Of a stretch of DNA of 32,000 bases, positions 8,621 through 17,829 are shown piece by piece. Position numbers and translations under genes: made by a program. The stretch's first letter is position 1; the number at the start of each line of letters is the position of its first letter. The DNA comes from Oikeobacillus pervagus (GTDB taxonomy: Bacteria; Bacillota; Bacilli; Bacillales; DSM-23947). Under the pieces are notes generated by a model that saw only the letters and a list, made by a program, of their open reading frames with translations, did not search any database and had not been told where the DNA came from. The DNA lies in the NCBI RefSeq assembly GCF_030813365.1, contig NZ_JAUSUC010000008.1, positions 1 through 32,000 on the forward strand. The letters run 5' to 3'.

Positions 8621-10279
8621 TTGCGAAAACCACGGAAACGACTTGGAGATTTACTCATTGAATCTGGACTTATTTCTGATGATCAGTTACAAAAGGCATT
8701 AGCGGAAAAAGGAGAAGACCAAAAGCTTGGGGATGCTCTTCTACAAAGGGGTTATATTACAGAACAACAACTGATAGAAGTATTAGAATTTCAGCTAGGG
8801 ATTCCTCATATAAGTTTATACCGTTACCCATTTGATCCAACATTATTTCATCTTATCCCGAAAGAAGTGGCAAAGCGACATTTAATCATTCCTTTAAAAA
8901 AGGAAGAAAACCGCTTATTCGTGGCGATGTCCGACCCCATGGATTATTTTGCGATCGAAGATTTACGTCTATCTACTGGTTTTCAGATTGAGACAGCGAT
9001 TGCGACAAAAGATGATATTGTCCGGTCTATTAATAAATATTATGAGATCGATGCGGGGTTAGAGGAGTTTTTTGTTGAGGCAAAATCTGATCAACCGAAA
9101 AATGAAGCGGTTGTAGATGATGATTCACCAATCGTGAAATTAGTGAATCAAATTTTAGCCAATGCCGTTGCTCAAAAGGCAAGTGATATTCATATCGATC
9201 CTCATGAAACAAAAGTATTGATTCGCATACGAGTAGATGGCCTCTTGCAAACGGAAAGACAGCTGCCAAAGTATATGCAAAATATGCTGATTGCTCGTGT
9301 GAAAATTTTAGCGAATTTAGATATTACTGAACATCGTGTACCTCAAGATGGGCGTTTTAAAGCAACAGTTGATTTACGCCCCATTGATTTACGTGTTTCA
9401 TCATTGCCGACTGTATACGGGGAAAAGATTGTCATGCGTTTACTTGATATGAGCAGTTCTTTAAATGATCTTCAACAATTAGGTTTTAATCAAGTAAATT
9501 TAAAGCGGTTTGAAAGTATGATCAAGCGGCCAAACGGAATTGTCTTGATTACAGGGCCAACAGGATCAGGGAAATCTTCTACGTTATATGCAACACTAAA
9601 CCGATTAAACCAAGAAGAAGTGAATATTATTACGGTGGAAGATCCGGTGGAATATCAAGTAGAAGGAGTCAATCAAATACAAGTTTATCCTAATGTTGGA
9701 TTAACGTTCGCAGCAGGATTAAGATCAATTCTCCGTCAAGACCCGAATATTATTATGGTAGGGGAAATTCGCGATAAGGAGACGGTTGAAATTGCTGTCC
9801 GCGCATCTTTAACCGGGCATTTAGTGTTAAGTACAATCCATACGAATGATTCCTTAAGCACGATTACACGATTAATGGATATGGGAGTTGAGCCATTTTT
9901 AATCGCCTCCTCAATCAATGGAATTGTTGCCCAACGGCTCGTGCGTAAAGTTTGTCGTGATTGTGCCCATAGAGAATCAGCTTCGAAACGAGAAATTGAG
10001 ATTTTTGCTAGACGAGGAATTAAGATTGATCATGTAGTTCGTGGAAAAGGCTGTTCCTCTTGCAATATGACAGGATATAAAGGGCGACTTGCCATCCATG
10101 AAGTACTAGATTTGAGCGATGAAATCAAAAACCTCATTTTAAATGATGAACCATTTTCAAGGTTAAGAGAAGAAGCCAGAAGACAAAAGACGATTTTTCT
10201 TTTAGATGACGGTTTATTAAAAGTGAAGCAAGGACTAACTACGACAGAAGAAGTACTTCGCGTAGCGTTAATGGAGTAG
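8621..10279 (+). CDS. pilB: Type IV pilus assembly ATPase PilB (GspE family) with N-terminal MshEN-type domain
   Basis: TTG start with SD aaaggtga. Walker A GPTGSGKS, Asp/His boxes and a C-terminal tetracysteine (CRDC...CSSC) are present. The N-terminus has tandem RLGDLLIESGLI.../KLGDALLQRGYI... motifs. Confidence 0.9.
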   Translation: MRKPRKRLGDLLIESGLISDDQLQKALAEKGEDQKLGDALLQRGYITEQQLIEVLEFQLGIPHISLYRYPFDPTLFHLIPKEVAKRHLIIPLKKEENRLFVAMSDPMDYFAIEDLRLSTGFQIETAIATKDDIVRSINKYYEIDAGLEEFFVEAKSDQPKNEAVVDDDSPIVKLVNQILANAVAQKASDIHIDPHETKVLIRIRVDGLLQTERQLPKYMQNMLIARVKILANLDITEHRVPQDGRFKATVDLRPIDLRVSSLPTVYGEKIVMRLLDMSSSLNDLQQLGFNQVNLKRFESMIKRPNGIVLITGPTGSGKSSTLYATLNRLNQEEVNIITVEDPVEYQVEGVNQIQVYPNVGLTFAAGLRSILRQDPNIIMVGEIRDKETVEIAVRASLTGHLVLSTIHTNDSLSTITRLMDMGVEPFLIASSINGIVAQRLVRKVCRDCAHRESASKREIEIFARRGIKIDHVVRGKGCSSCNMTGYKGRLAIHEVLDLSDEIKNLILNDEPFSRLREEARRQKTIFLLDDGLLKVKQGLTTTEEVLRVALME

Positions 10280-10285
10280 GTAAAA

Positions 10286-11341
10286 ATGAGAGAAAAGATA
10301 GATCATATATTATGTACTGCCTTTGAATTAAAGGCATCTGATATTCATTTAACCGTCGGGTCACCACCTATTTTTCGTATCCATGGAGATTTAAAGCGAT
10401 ATGGAAAAGAAATATTATGTCCAGATGATACGGAAGCGATGGCGAAAACAATTGTTCCAAAACATTCCTGGAATACGTTTAAAGACCAGGGAGAGCTCGA
10501 CTTTTCTTATGGGATTGCAGGTGTATCGCGTTTTCGTGTGAACGCTTTTCATCAGAGGTCATGTATTTCTTTGGCGATCCGCGTCATCCCAACGAAAATT
10601 CCCACTATTGAGGAGTTATCATTGCCACCCATTTTGAAGCAAATAGCTAATAAGCCACATGGACTTGTGATTGTAACAGGACCAACAGGAAGTGGGAAAT
10701 CAACAACACTTGCGAGCATGATCGATTACTTAAATCAAAATATCCCGAAGCATGTGATTACACTTGAAGACCCGATTGAATATTTACATAAACATGGGAC
10801 ATGTATTATCGATCAGCGGGAAATTGGATATGATACGAAGAATTTTGCGAGAGGGTTGCGAAGTGCTTTAAGGCAAGACCCTGATGTCATTCTCGTTGGG
10901 GAGATGCGTGATTTAGAAACCATTCAAACGGCGATCACAGCAGCAGAAACCGGACATTTAGTGTTAGCTACATTACACACTTCAAGTGCTCCTGCAACAA
11001 TTGAACGAATCATCGATGTATTTCCAGCTGAACAGCAGCCACAAATCCGTACCCAATTGGCGACTGTCCTTGCTGCGGTCATTTCTCAGCGATTATTCCC
11101 AACAACCGATAAAAAAGGGAGAAGAGCTGCGATTGAAATTTTGCTTCATTCACCCGCCGTTGCAAATTTAATTCGCTCTGATAAAGTTCATCAAATCGTG
11201 AATATTATGCAAACATCGAAGCAACAAGGAATGCAGCTTATGGCAGATCATGTACGTGATTTATATGAAAAAGGTGTAGTCGTAAAAGAAACGATCGTAC
11301 CATATCTCCGAGAAAGGGAGATGCTAAATGGCTCGGTTTAA
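10286..11341 (+). CDS. pilT: Twitching-motility retraction ATPase PilT
   Basis: 351 aa. Motifs: ASDIHL, GPTGSGKSTT, ALRQDPDVILVGEMRD, TGHLVLATLHT and AIEILL. The size and the lack of an N-terminal extension are typical of PilT. Confidence 0.9.
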   Translation: MREKIDHILCTAFELKASDIHLTVGSPPIFRIHGDLKRYGKEILCPDDTEAMAKTIVPKHSWNTFKDQGELDFSYGIAGVSRFRVNAFHQRSCISLAIRVIPTKIPTIEELSLPPILKQIANKPHGLVIVTGPTGSGKSTTLASMIDYLNQNIPKHVITLEDPIEYLHKHGTCIIDQREIGYDTKNFARGLRSALRQDPDVILVGEMRDLETIQTAITAAETGHLVLATLHTSSAPATIERIIDVFPAEQQPQIRTQLATVLAAVISQRLFPTTDKKGRRAAIEILLHSPAVANLIRSDKVHQIVNIMQTSKQQGMQLMADHVRDLYEKGVVVKETIVPYLREREMLNGSV

Positions 11342-12539
11342 ATATACTGGACGGGATCGCAAAGGAAAAAAAACAGGAATAGTCACCGCTGATTCCCGAA
11401 AAGAGGCGATCCAAAAACTACAAAAAACGGGAGTTCGTGTCATTGATGTTCAACAGCTTCCTGAAACATTGTTTACAAAAGATATTATGATCGGCAACCC
11501 TGTGAAATTAGCGCATCTCGTTATTTTTTTACGGCAATTTTCTACGCTCATTCAAGCAGGTGTAACGATTATCGATGCCACCGTGATTCTATCCGAACAA
11601 ACGGAAAGTAAAGCTTTACGTAAGGCACTTGTAAATATTCAACAAGAATTAAGAGATGGGATTCACCTTTCTGATGCCTGTGAAAAGCAAAAGAAAGTAT
11701 TTGAACCGCTTTTTATTAATATGTTAAGGGCAGGGGAAGCGACAGGAAATTTAGATGAAACATTAGATGAGATGGCGACCCATTATGAAAAACAGCATCG
11801 TACAAAGCAAAAAGTGAAAGCTGCGATGTCATACCCTGCGGTCGTTGGGGTGATTGCGATCGGGGTCGTCATCTTTCTCCTCGTTTCCGTCGTTCCTACT
11901 TTTGTTGATATGTTTAACGATTTCGGCGGAGAATTGCCGGCAATCACAAAATTTGTCATTGGAGCTAGTAACTGGATGCAACAATATTGGTATTTTGTCA
12001 TTGGGCTCATTCTCCTCTTTTTTGGTGGAATCTGGGCGCTCAAACAACGGAAAGAAACGAAATATTATGTAGATTTGGTTGTATTAAGAACTCCAATATT
12101 TGGAAAAATAGCTCAAAAGGCTGTGCTGGCGAGAATGACGCGGACCCTTAGTTCCTTGTTTTCTAACTCTGTCCCGATTTTACAAGCGATGACCATCGTT
12201 GAGAATGTCGTAGAAAATGAAATTATCGCCCGAGTCATTCATAAGTCAAAAGATTCATTAGAAAGTGGTGGCTCCTTAACAGAGCCGATGAAAAAACATT
12301 GGGCCTTTCCACCTTTAGTTTCTCATATGATCGCTATAGGAGAGGAAACAGGCTCTCTCGATACGATGCTTTCGAAAGTGGCCGATTTTTATGAAAGTGA
12401 AGTAGAGGCCTCAACAGATCAGCTTAAATCATTAATCGAGCCATTAATGATCGTGTTACTAGCAGGACTCGTCGGGACAATCGTTACATCTATCCTTGTA
12501 CCTATGTTCGAAATCTTTAATACAGTCCAAACCTCCTGA
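11328..12539 (+). CDS. pilC: Type IV pilus platform protein PilC (GspF family)
   Basis: 403 aa with duplicated GspF domains (FSTLIQAGVTI... / LSSLFSNSVPI...) and three TM segments. It overlaps the pilT stop by 14 nt. Confidence 0.9.
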   Translation: MARFKYTGRDRKGKKTGIVTADSRKEAIQKLQKTGVRVIDVQQLPETLFTKDIMIGNPVKLAHLVIFLRQFSTLIQAGVTIIDATVILSEQTESKALRKALVNIQQELRDGIHLSDACEKQKKVFEPLFINMLRAGEATGNLDETLDEMATHYEKQHRTKQKVKAAMSYPAVVGVIAIGVVIFLLVSVVPTFVDMFNDFGGELPAITKFVIGASNWMQQYWYFVIGLILLFFGGIWALKQRKETKYYVDLVVLRTPIFGKIAQKAVLARMTRTLSSLFSNSVPILQAMTIVENVVENEIIARVIHKSKDSLESGGSLTEPMKKHWAFPPLVSHMIAIGEETGSLDTMLSKVADFYESEVEASTDQLKSLIEPLMIVLLAGLVGTIVTSILVPMFEIFNTVQTS

Positions 12540-12568
12540 AAAAATTGTAAAAAATGTAGAAATTTTGG

Positions 12569-12597
12569 TTGATTTTTTGGATGTAAAATATTAACAT
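12569..12597 (+). promoter_or_regulatory. Candidate sigma-A promoter for pilA
   Basis: ttgatt, 17 nt spacer, taacat, within the 104-nt AT-rich pilC-pilA spacer. Confidence 0.3.
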
Positions 12598-12643
12598 AGC
12601 ATTATAGTTATTTTATACTAATACTTTTTTAGGGGGAAAAGGC

Positions 12644-13090
12644 GTGCTACAAAAAATGAAAACAAGATTAAAAGAGCAGAAAGGGTTAACATTAATCGAG
12701 CTATTAGCCGTAATTGTGATTTTGGCAATTATTGCAGCGATTGCGATCCCGGCGATAGGGAAGCTAATTGATAACACTAAAAAGGACGCTATAATTTCCA
12801 ATGCACAACAAATGGAAAGTGCAGCAAAAACGTATATTAGTGCTGAGAGAAACTTTAAAATTCCTGGGGATATAACGTTAGATGAATTAATTAATAAAGG
12901 TTATTTAGATGAATTTGATGACCCAGATACAAAGCAGGCTTATACAAATGAACAGAAGCAAAACTCAAAAGTCGTAGTTTCAAAGAACACAACAACTAAT
13001 AACACTGAGTATAAAGTAGTTTTAAAAGGTGAGCGTGGTATCGATACAGCTACAAAAGCATCTGCAATTACCAGAGGAGAAATTAAATAA
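12644..13090 (+). CDS. pilA: Major type IV pilin
   Basis: GTG at 12644 (SD aggggg 7 nt upstream) or ATG at 12656. ...KEQKG|LTLIELLAVIVILAIIAAIAIPA is a prepilin signature. It is 148 aa and contains no cysteines. Confidence 0.85.
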   Translation: MLQKMKTRLKEQKGLTLIELLAVIVILAIIAAIAIPAIGKLIDNTKKDAIISNAQQMESAAKTYISAERNFKIPGDITLDELINKGYLDEFDDPDTKQAYTNEQKQNSKVVVSKNTTTNNTEYKVVLKGERGIDTATKASAITRGEIK

Positions 13091-13098
13091 AATTATTT

Positions 13099-13845
13099 AT
13101 GAAAACCCTAATCTTCCTATACGCTCTCCTCTTCGGCTCATTCTTTAATGTCGTGGGCCTGCGGGTTCCGTTAAAACAGTCGATTGTAAAGCCAAGGAGT
13201 GCCTGTCCCCATTGTGGGCATCAGTTGACAGGGTGGGAGTTGATCCCTGTCTTATCGTACTTAATACAAGGGGGGAAATGCCGTGTATGTCGTGCACGGG
13301 TTTCCCCAATTTATCCTTTAACAGAGCTGGGAACGGCACTGTTATTTTTATATGCGTATCAAACTTTCGGCTTCACATTTGAATTTGTCATCGCTATTAC
13401 GTTCCTTTCAATGATGATCATCATTACGGTATCTGATCTTGCTTATATGATCATTCCTGATAAAGTGCTATTATTTTTTAGCCTTGTCTTTATTGCGGAA
13501 CGTTTGTATGTACCTTTAAACCCATGGTGGGACTCGATTGTCGGGGCTCTTGTTGGGTTTCTGCTATTATTGGCGATTGCCATCGTCAGTCGCGGCGGAA
13601 TGGGCGGAGGAGACATTAAATTATTTGCTGTCATTGGCTTTGTCATGGGATGGAAAAACGTATTGCTCACATTTTTCTTAGCTTGTGCAATTGGAGCTGT
13701 CATCGGGTTGATCTTAATGGCTTTTGGAATTGTGAAAAAAGGAAAACCAATTCCTTTTGGTCCTTTTATTACGTTGGCGGCGATCATCGTCTATTTGTAT
13801 GGTGATCCTATTTTTTCTTGGTATTTTACATTTTTTGATCGATGA
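13099..13845 (+). CDS. pilD: Prepilin peptidase / N-methyltransferase (A24 family; ComC/PilD)
   Basis: 248 aa, polytopic. It has the CPHCGH...CRVCR zinc motif and the catalytic-type aspartate contexts (VSDLAYMIIPD; GGGDIKL). Confidence 0.9.
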   Translation: MKTLIFLYALLFGSFFNVVGLRVPLKQSIVKPRSACPHCGHQLTGWELIPVLSYLIQGGKCRVCRARVSPIYPLTELGTALLFLYAYQTFGFTFEFVIAITFLSMMIIITVSDLAYMIIPDKVLLFFSLVFIAERLYVPLNPWWDSIVGALVGFLLLLAIAIVSRGGMGGGDIKLFAVIGFVMGWKNVLLTFFLACAIGAVIGLILMAFGIVKKGKPIPFGPFITLAAIIVYLYGDPIFSWYFTFFDR

Positions 13846-13884
13846 GAAATGGAATTGACATCTAGTTAAAAAGGGGAAGATAGA

Positions 13885-14829
13885 ATGGCTTTTCGACTAT
13901 TTTCTAAAGTAAATAAAACAGCCAATCTTATTTTTACTGATTATGCCATTCGTTTCGTTGAAATGAAGCAAACAAGTCCTATGATCGTTCAACAATATGA
14001 GGAAAGGATTCTTCCATCTGGCTTGATCGAAAAAGGGTCCATTATCGATTATGAAGGCTTACTTGAAATCGTAGAAAATTGTGTGACGGATTGGAAGATT
14101 AAAAACCGGCCTGTACGCTTTAATGTACAGGACGACTATATTACCGTCCGAACGGAAACTCTTACAGAAGATTTAGAGGATGATGAGATCGAAAGCTACT
14201 TATTTTTACAAATTGGGAAGACGATTCATCTTCCATTCGAGGATCCTGTGTTTGATTCGGTCGTTGTCGGTGAGAAAGATGGAAAAAAAGAAGTACTATT
14301 AATCGCAGCTCCAGAAGAAGAAGTTCGGCAATATCAAAATTTACTAGAAGATGCCAAACTAAAACCTATTGCAGCTGATATCGATGCCCTTTGTTTGTAT
14401 CGCTTATTTACCTTAAAAAATTTAACAAATCCAAAAGAGCATGAAATGGTATTACATATAAAGAAACGGACTTTAACGGCATCGATTTACAATGATCATC
14501 AACTAGCATTTATGAAACCTATTTTTTTCGGTGAGAAAGAAACAGTAGATGGTCAAATTTCAGAAGGAGCGTTTCTAGAAGATGCCCTAAATGAATGTCA
14601 AAATGTCGTCAATTTCTATGAAAATTCATTGCACAAAGGCCAAGTGCATATTGAGAAAATCTTTATTAGTGGAGAACATGAAAGACGAACCTTTATAGAA
14701 GACTATATCGAAAAATCGTTTGAGATGAAAATCATCAAGCAGGATGAAATGGTCGTAAAGGATAAAGACGGACGGGCGGTACCGGAAATCTATCATCCAG
14801 CAGTTGGATTGGGATTGAAAGAGGTGTAA
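13885..14829 (+). CDS. pilM: Type IV pilus assembly protein PilM (actin-like ATPase fold)
   Basis: 314 aa. Called from its position directly before pilN/pilO, its typical length and its soluble profile. SD aaagggga. Confidence 0.75.
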   Translation: MAFRLFSKVNKTANLIFTDYAIRFVEMKQTSPMIVQQYEERILPSGLIEKGSIIDYEGLLEIVENCVTDWKIKNRPVRFNVQDDYITVRTETLTEDLEDDEIESYLFLQIGKTIHLPFEDPVFDSVVVGEKDGKKEVLLIAAPEEEVRQYQNLLEDAKLKPIAADIDALCLYRLFTLKNLTNPKEHEMVLHIKKRTLTASIYNDHQLAFMKPIFFGEKETVDGQISEGAFLEDALNECQNVVNFYENSLHKGQVHIEKIFISGEHERRTFIEDYIEKSFEMKIIKQDEMVVKDKDGRAVPEIYHPAVGLGLKEV

Positions 14830-14833
14830 CGCG

Positions 14834-15475
14834 GTGTTAGTTGATATTAATCTATTACCGGAAAAAGAAACGAGAAGTAAAAGCGTTCTATATATTCTTT
14901 TGGTCCTCATTTTACTCGCGATCATCCTTGTGGTTACGAACTTTATTTTAATCCAAACAAAAAAAAGTGATTTAGCACTGCTTGAGTCTAAAATCAAAAC
15001 GGCGGAACAACTACGAACGGCATTGGAGTCAAGCGTCGAAAATGATGAAAGTGAAAATAGTGTGGAGAAACTGAATGAAGCAGTTGAGTGGGCTGAATCA
15101 AAAAGAATTCGAACAGTTCCTGTATTACAACATTTAATTGAATTATTACCAAAACGGGGTTTTTTTCGGTCATTTTCTTACACATCGACAGAGAATTTAA
15201 AGCTTGAGGTACAATTTGATGTCAATAGAGAAGCGGCGTTTTATTTGATTGAACTTCAATCTTCCAAATGGATTCAATCTGTTCGACTTTTGTCTGTTTC
15301 AACAGATGAACTTGTGAAAGAAGGAGAAAAGTCAAACGATGATATGAAAATAAAGAAAGATTTGCCGAGATATATTGCCGAATATGAAATTTCATTAAAG
15401 GATACCAACATTAAAAAAGACGAAATGAAGACAGTCGATACAGTCGATAAAGAGCGAGGAGAAGATCAGCCATGA
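14834..15475 (+). CDS. pilN: PilN (fimbrial assembly protein)
   Basis: GTG start. N-terminus VDINLLPEK followed by a single TM helix is the PilN signature. Confidence 0.75.
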   Translation: MLVDINLLPEKETRSKSVLYILLVLILLAIILVVTNFILIQTKKSDLALLESKIKTAEQLRTALESSVENDESENSVEKLNEAVEWAESKRIRTVPVLQHLIELLPKRGFFRSFSYTSTENLKLEVQFDVNREAAFYLIELQSSKWIQSVRLLSVSTDELVKEGEKSNDDMKIKKDLPRYIAEYEISLKDTNIKKDEMKTVDTVDKERGEDQP

Positions 15476-16155
15476 GTTTTTTTCAAGAGAAACGGAATAT
15501 ATGGATTCTCTCCTTAGCGATTCTTTTACTAATTGGAATCATAATGATTACATATATATTTTATTATCGCCCTGTTACCGAAGATATAAATAGAAAAGAA
15601 AAGCAATTGCAGTCTGAGGAGAAATTAATTGAAGTGTTGGAAAAGAACGATCGTTCGTCCACAACTCAAAATCGAGTGGTGACAAGCAATTTACAACAAA
15701 AAATACCAGTGAAGCCGATGACCGATAAGCTGTTATTAGATTTGGAAAAAGTTGAATTGATGTCCCATTGTTTGATTGAATCGATGGATTTTAAAGATGA
15801 TGAAACGTCTGATGAAACGGGAATAGACGGAGCAGAGGAAAAAGGGAAGTCCCGGCCGGCTGAGATTAAAGAACTGACAGCGGAGTTAACCGTTATTTCT
15901 CCCGGATATTTTGAAATGCAGGAATTTTTATCTGGATTGGAACAACAAATCCGTACAATAAAAATTGAGGAAATCATTTTTGATGTCCCAGATGAAGCGA
16001 CGAAACTAAAAGGAGAAGGAAAAGAGTTCACTTTCAATGTGACGATTCAGACGTACTATATGCCAAACCTAGTTGATTTATTAAAAGATTTGCCGAAAAT
16101 CGATACACCTGGTCCAGCTAATAAGAAATCCCCCTTCGTGATTGTTGGGGATTAA
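15472..16155 (+). CDS. pilO: PilO-like bitopic pilus alignment protein
   Basis: ATGA overlap with pilN. It has a single N-terminal TM, a coiled segment and a C-terminal domain. The call rests on position and topology. Confidence 0.65.
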   Translation: MSFFQEKRNIWILSLAILLLIGIIMITYIFYYRPVTEDINRKEKQLQSEEKLIEVLEKNDRSSTTQNRVVTSNLQQKIPVKPMTDKLLLDLEKVELMSHCLIESMDFKDDETSDETGIDGAEEKGKSRPAEIKELTAELTVISPGYFEMQEFLSGLEQQIRTIKIEEIIFDVPDEATKLKGEGKEFTFNVTIQTYYMPNLVDLLKDLPKIDTPGPANKKSPFVIVGD

Positions 16156-16181
16156 ATGAATAGGGAAGGCATCGTCTATGA

Positions 16182-16370
16182 ATGAAAAAGGCTTTACTCA
16201 TCCCTCCATCAGAGGCAACTTACGCAGTCACTGATCAAAAGGGAAAAATTACCGCGATCTGTTTAAAAGGAATGACAAAAAAACTTTGCTCCTATCAGAA
16301 AGGAAATGCCACCATCGAAGGGCCTGTTCCCATTCGGAAATTAATAAAAGAAAATATTACGGACAATTAA
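16182..16370 (+). CDS. Small hypothetical protein (62 aa), last ORF of the pil operon; coding status uncertain
   Basis: ORF only. The SD gggaagg (16163-16169) is better spaced for the out-of-frame ATG at 16178 (18 codons, MNEKGFT...). A terminator follows at 16392. Confidence 0.3.
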   Translation: MKKALLIPPSEATYAVTDQKGKITAICLKGMTKKLCSYQKGNATIEGPVPIRKLIKENITDN

Positions 16371-16391
16371 AAAATTTGACGAAAACCTTTC

Positions 16392-16427
16392 AGAACGAGA
16401 CGACAAAAGTCTTGTTCTTTTTTATTT
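16392..16427 (+). terminator. Rho-independent terminator ending the pil operon
   Basis: Stem agaacgagac / gtcttgttct (one G-T pair) followed by tttttatttt. Confidence 0.7.
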
Positions 16428-16541
16428 TCACTATGCTAGTATTAGCGAATGGAATAGAAGGTTAATTGGAATCGGGGAATACATGGCTAAGGACTTTCTA
16501 GCTTCCTTTTAAATATGAATATGGAAGAAGGGAGATATATT

Positions 16542-17540
16542 ATGGACAAGCAGACGAAAAAATCAACGGTCAAAATTAAAATCGATGGGAAGGAACAAAA
16601 ATTTGAAGATGATCTGCTTGTACATCATTGGAGTGGACAAGAAATGGCAGCTGCCGCAGAGAAAGATCAAAAGGAAGAAGATGACTTTGATTGGGTATTG
16701 CCTGATGAAGAAGCAGTCACTAAAAAAGAGGAGTTTCAACCGATGTATTATGTTCCAAAGCCAAAGCGAAAGAAACTCATGCTTCCAGGGAATTCTGGTA
16801 AAAGTATCGCTTCGATCATGTTTTCAATTGTAAGTGCGATGGTGATTGGAATCTCATTAGGATATGGAATCATTCATTTTATGCAGAAGGAAGATACCCC
16901 TAATTCCCAACCTACAAATCAAATGCTTCAAGAAAATGAGGGGAAGGATAGTAAAGCGGCTACTTCACCTCCAGAACAAAAGAAAGGGAGAGAGATTACC
17001 TTACCAGAATTGTCTACAAATATCGTTCAAGGTGGAGTATTTGGCGAGGAGGATGCTGCTAAAAAAGTGAAACAGTCGATTGCGGCGAAAGAGGTACCAG
17101 TTGAAATCGTCAATCAGGACGGAAATCAATTATTAGTTTTAGGGACAAGCAATGAATTGGGTACGGCTAAACTTTTAGGGGAAAAATTGAAAAAGAAAGA
17201 TATGGATGTCTATGCAAAAAGCCTATCCATTTCTGGAACCGCATCCGAATTTTCGAAAAAAGATGAAGCCTTATTAACAGAAATGCTCGCATTATTTGAT
17301 CAATCCTCAAAAGAAAGTATGGATATTCTTTTAAACAAAGAGGTAGACGATTCTACTATCGCTTCACTGCGAAAGAAAATCGAAAAACAAAAGACTAACA
17401 ATGAGAAAATGATCCAATTACAAACCGCCCTATTACAAGCAACAAAGGAAATCGAGTCATTCCAACAGACGAAAGATATCAAAAATGGCGAAAAGGCACA
17501 GGGATATTTATTAAAATTCATGAAAATCTATTCAAAATAA
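16542..17540 (+). CDS. spoIIB: Stage II sporulation protein B (SPOR-domain septal protein)
   Basis: SD gggaga precedes the ATG at 16542. N-terminus KKSTVKIKIDGKE, FDW, one TM helix and a SPOR-like segment (VQGGVFGEEDAAKKVKQSI...LLVLGTS) resemble B. subtilis SpoIIB. It lies directly upstream of maf, as in B. subtilis. Confidence 0.7.
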   Translation: MDKQTKKSTVKIKIDGKEQKFEDDLLVHHWSGQEMAAAAEKDQKEEDDFDWVLPDEEAVTKKEEFQPMYYVPKPKRKKLMLPGNSGKSIASIMFSIVSAMVIGISLGYGIIHFMQKEDTPNSQPTNQMLQENEGKDSKAATSPPEQKKGREITLPELSTNIVQGGVFGEEDAAKKVKQSIAAKEVPVEIVNQDGNQLLVLGTSNELGTAKLLGEKLKKKDMDVYAKSLSISGTASEFSKKDEALLTEMLALFDQSSKESMDILLNKEVDDSTIASLRKKIEKQKTNNEKMIQLQTALLQATKEIESFQQTKDIKNGEKAQGYLLKFMKIYSK

Positions 17541-17545
17541 AAGGT

Positions 17546-17577
17546 GAACCTGTATCGAGTGAGATGCAGGTTTTTTG
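17546..17577 (+). terminator. Rho-independent terminator after spoIIB
   Basis: Stem gaacctgtatc / gatgcaggtt followed by tttttt. Confidence 0.7.
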
Positions 17578-17756
17578 TTGGTTTTGGAGTAGCGCAAATA
17601 TTTAAGGGAAATAATCAAATCCTTTCGGTAAATGGTCAAACCTGAAAAAGAGGCCCTAGACATAGGAAAGTTTCCCCAGCCAATCGGTCAGATTTTCATC
17701 CTATTCTAAAGTTCAAGAATCATTCGTTCAAAAACCAAAGCATTTTCTGTAGAACA

Positions 17757-17785
17757 TTGTAACTTAGTAACAAATTTGGTAAGAT
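17757..17785 (+). promoter_or_regulatory. Candidate sigma-A promoter of the maf-radC(-mreBCD-minCD) unit
   Basis: ttgtaa, 17 nt spacer, taagat, with TG at the extended -10 position (tggtaagat). It lies 45 nt upstream of maf. Confidence 0.45.
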
Positions 17786-17829
17786 GATGATGGTGTATCT
17801 CCCTATTCAGATGAAGGAAAGGTGAATGA

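Noticed and set aside
8493-12643. Possible c-di-GMP riboswitch upstream of pilB or pilA, as known for Clostridioides difficile pilA1
   Set aside because: Both spacers (8493-8620 and 12540-12643) are short and AT-rich. They lack the GC-rich conserved cores I associate with GEMM-I/II. I saw no convincing nested helices, although no covariance model was run.
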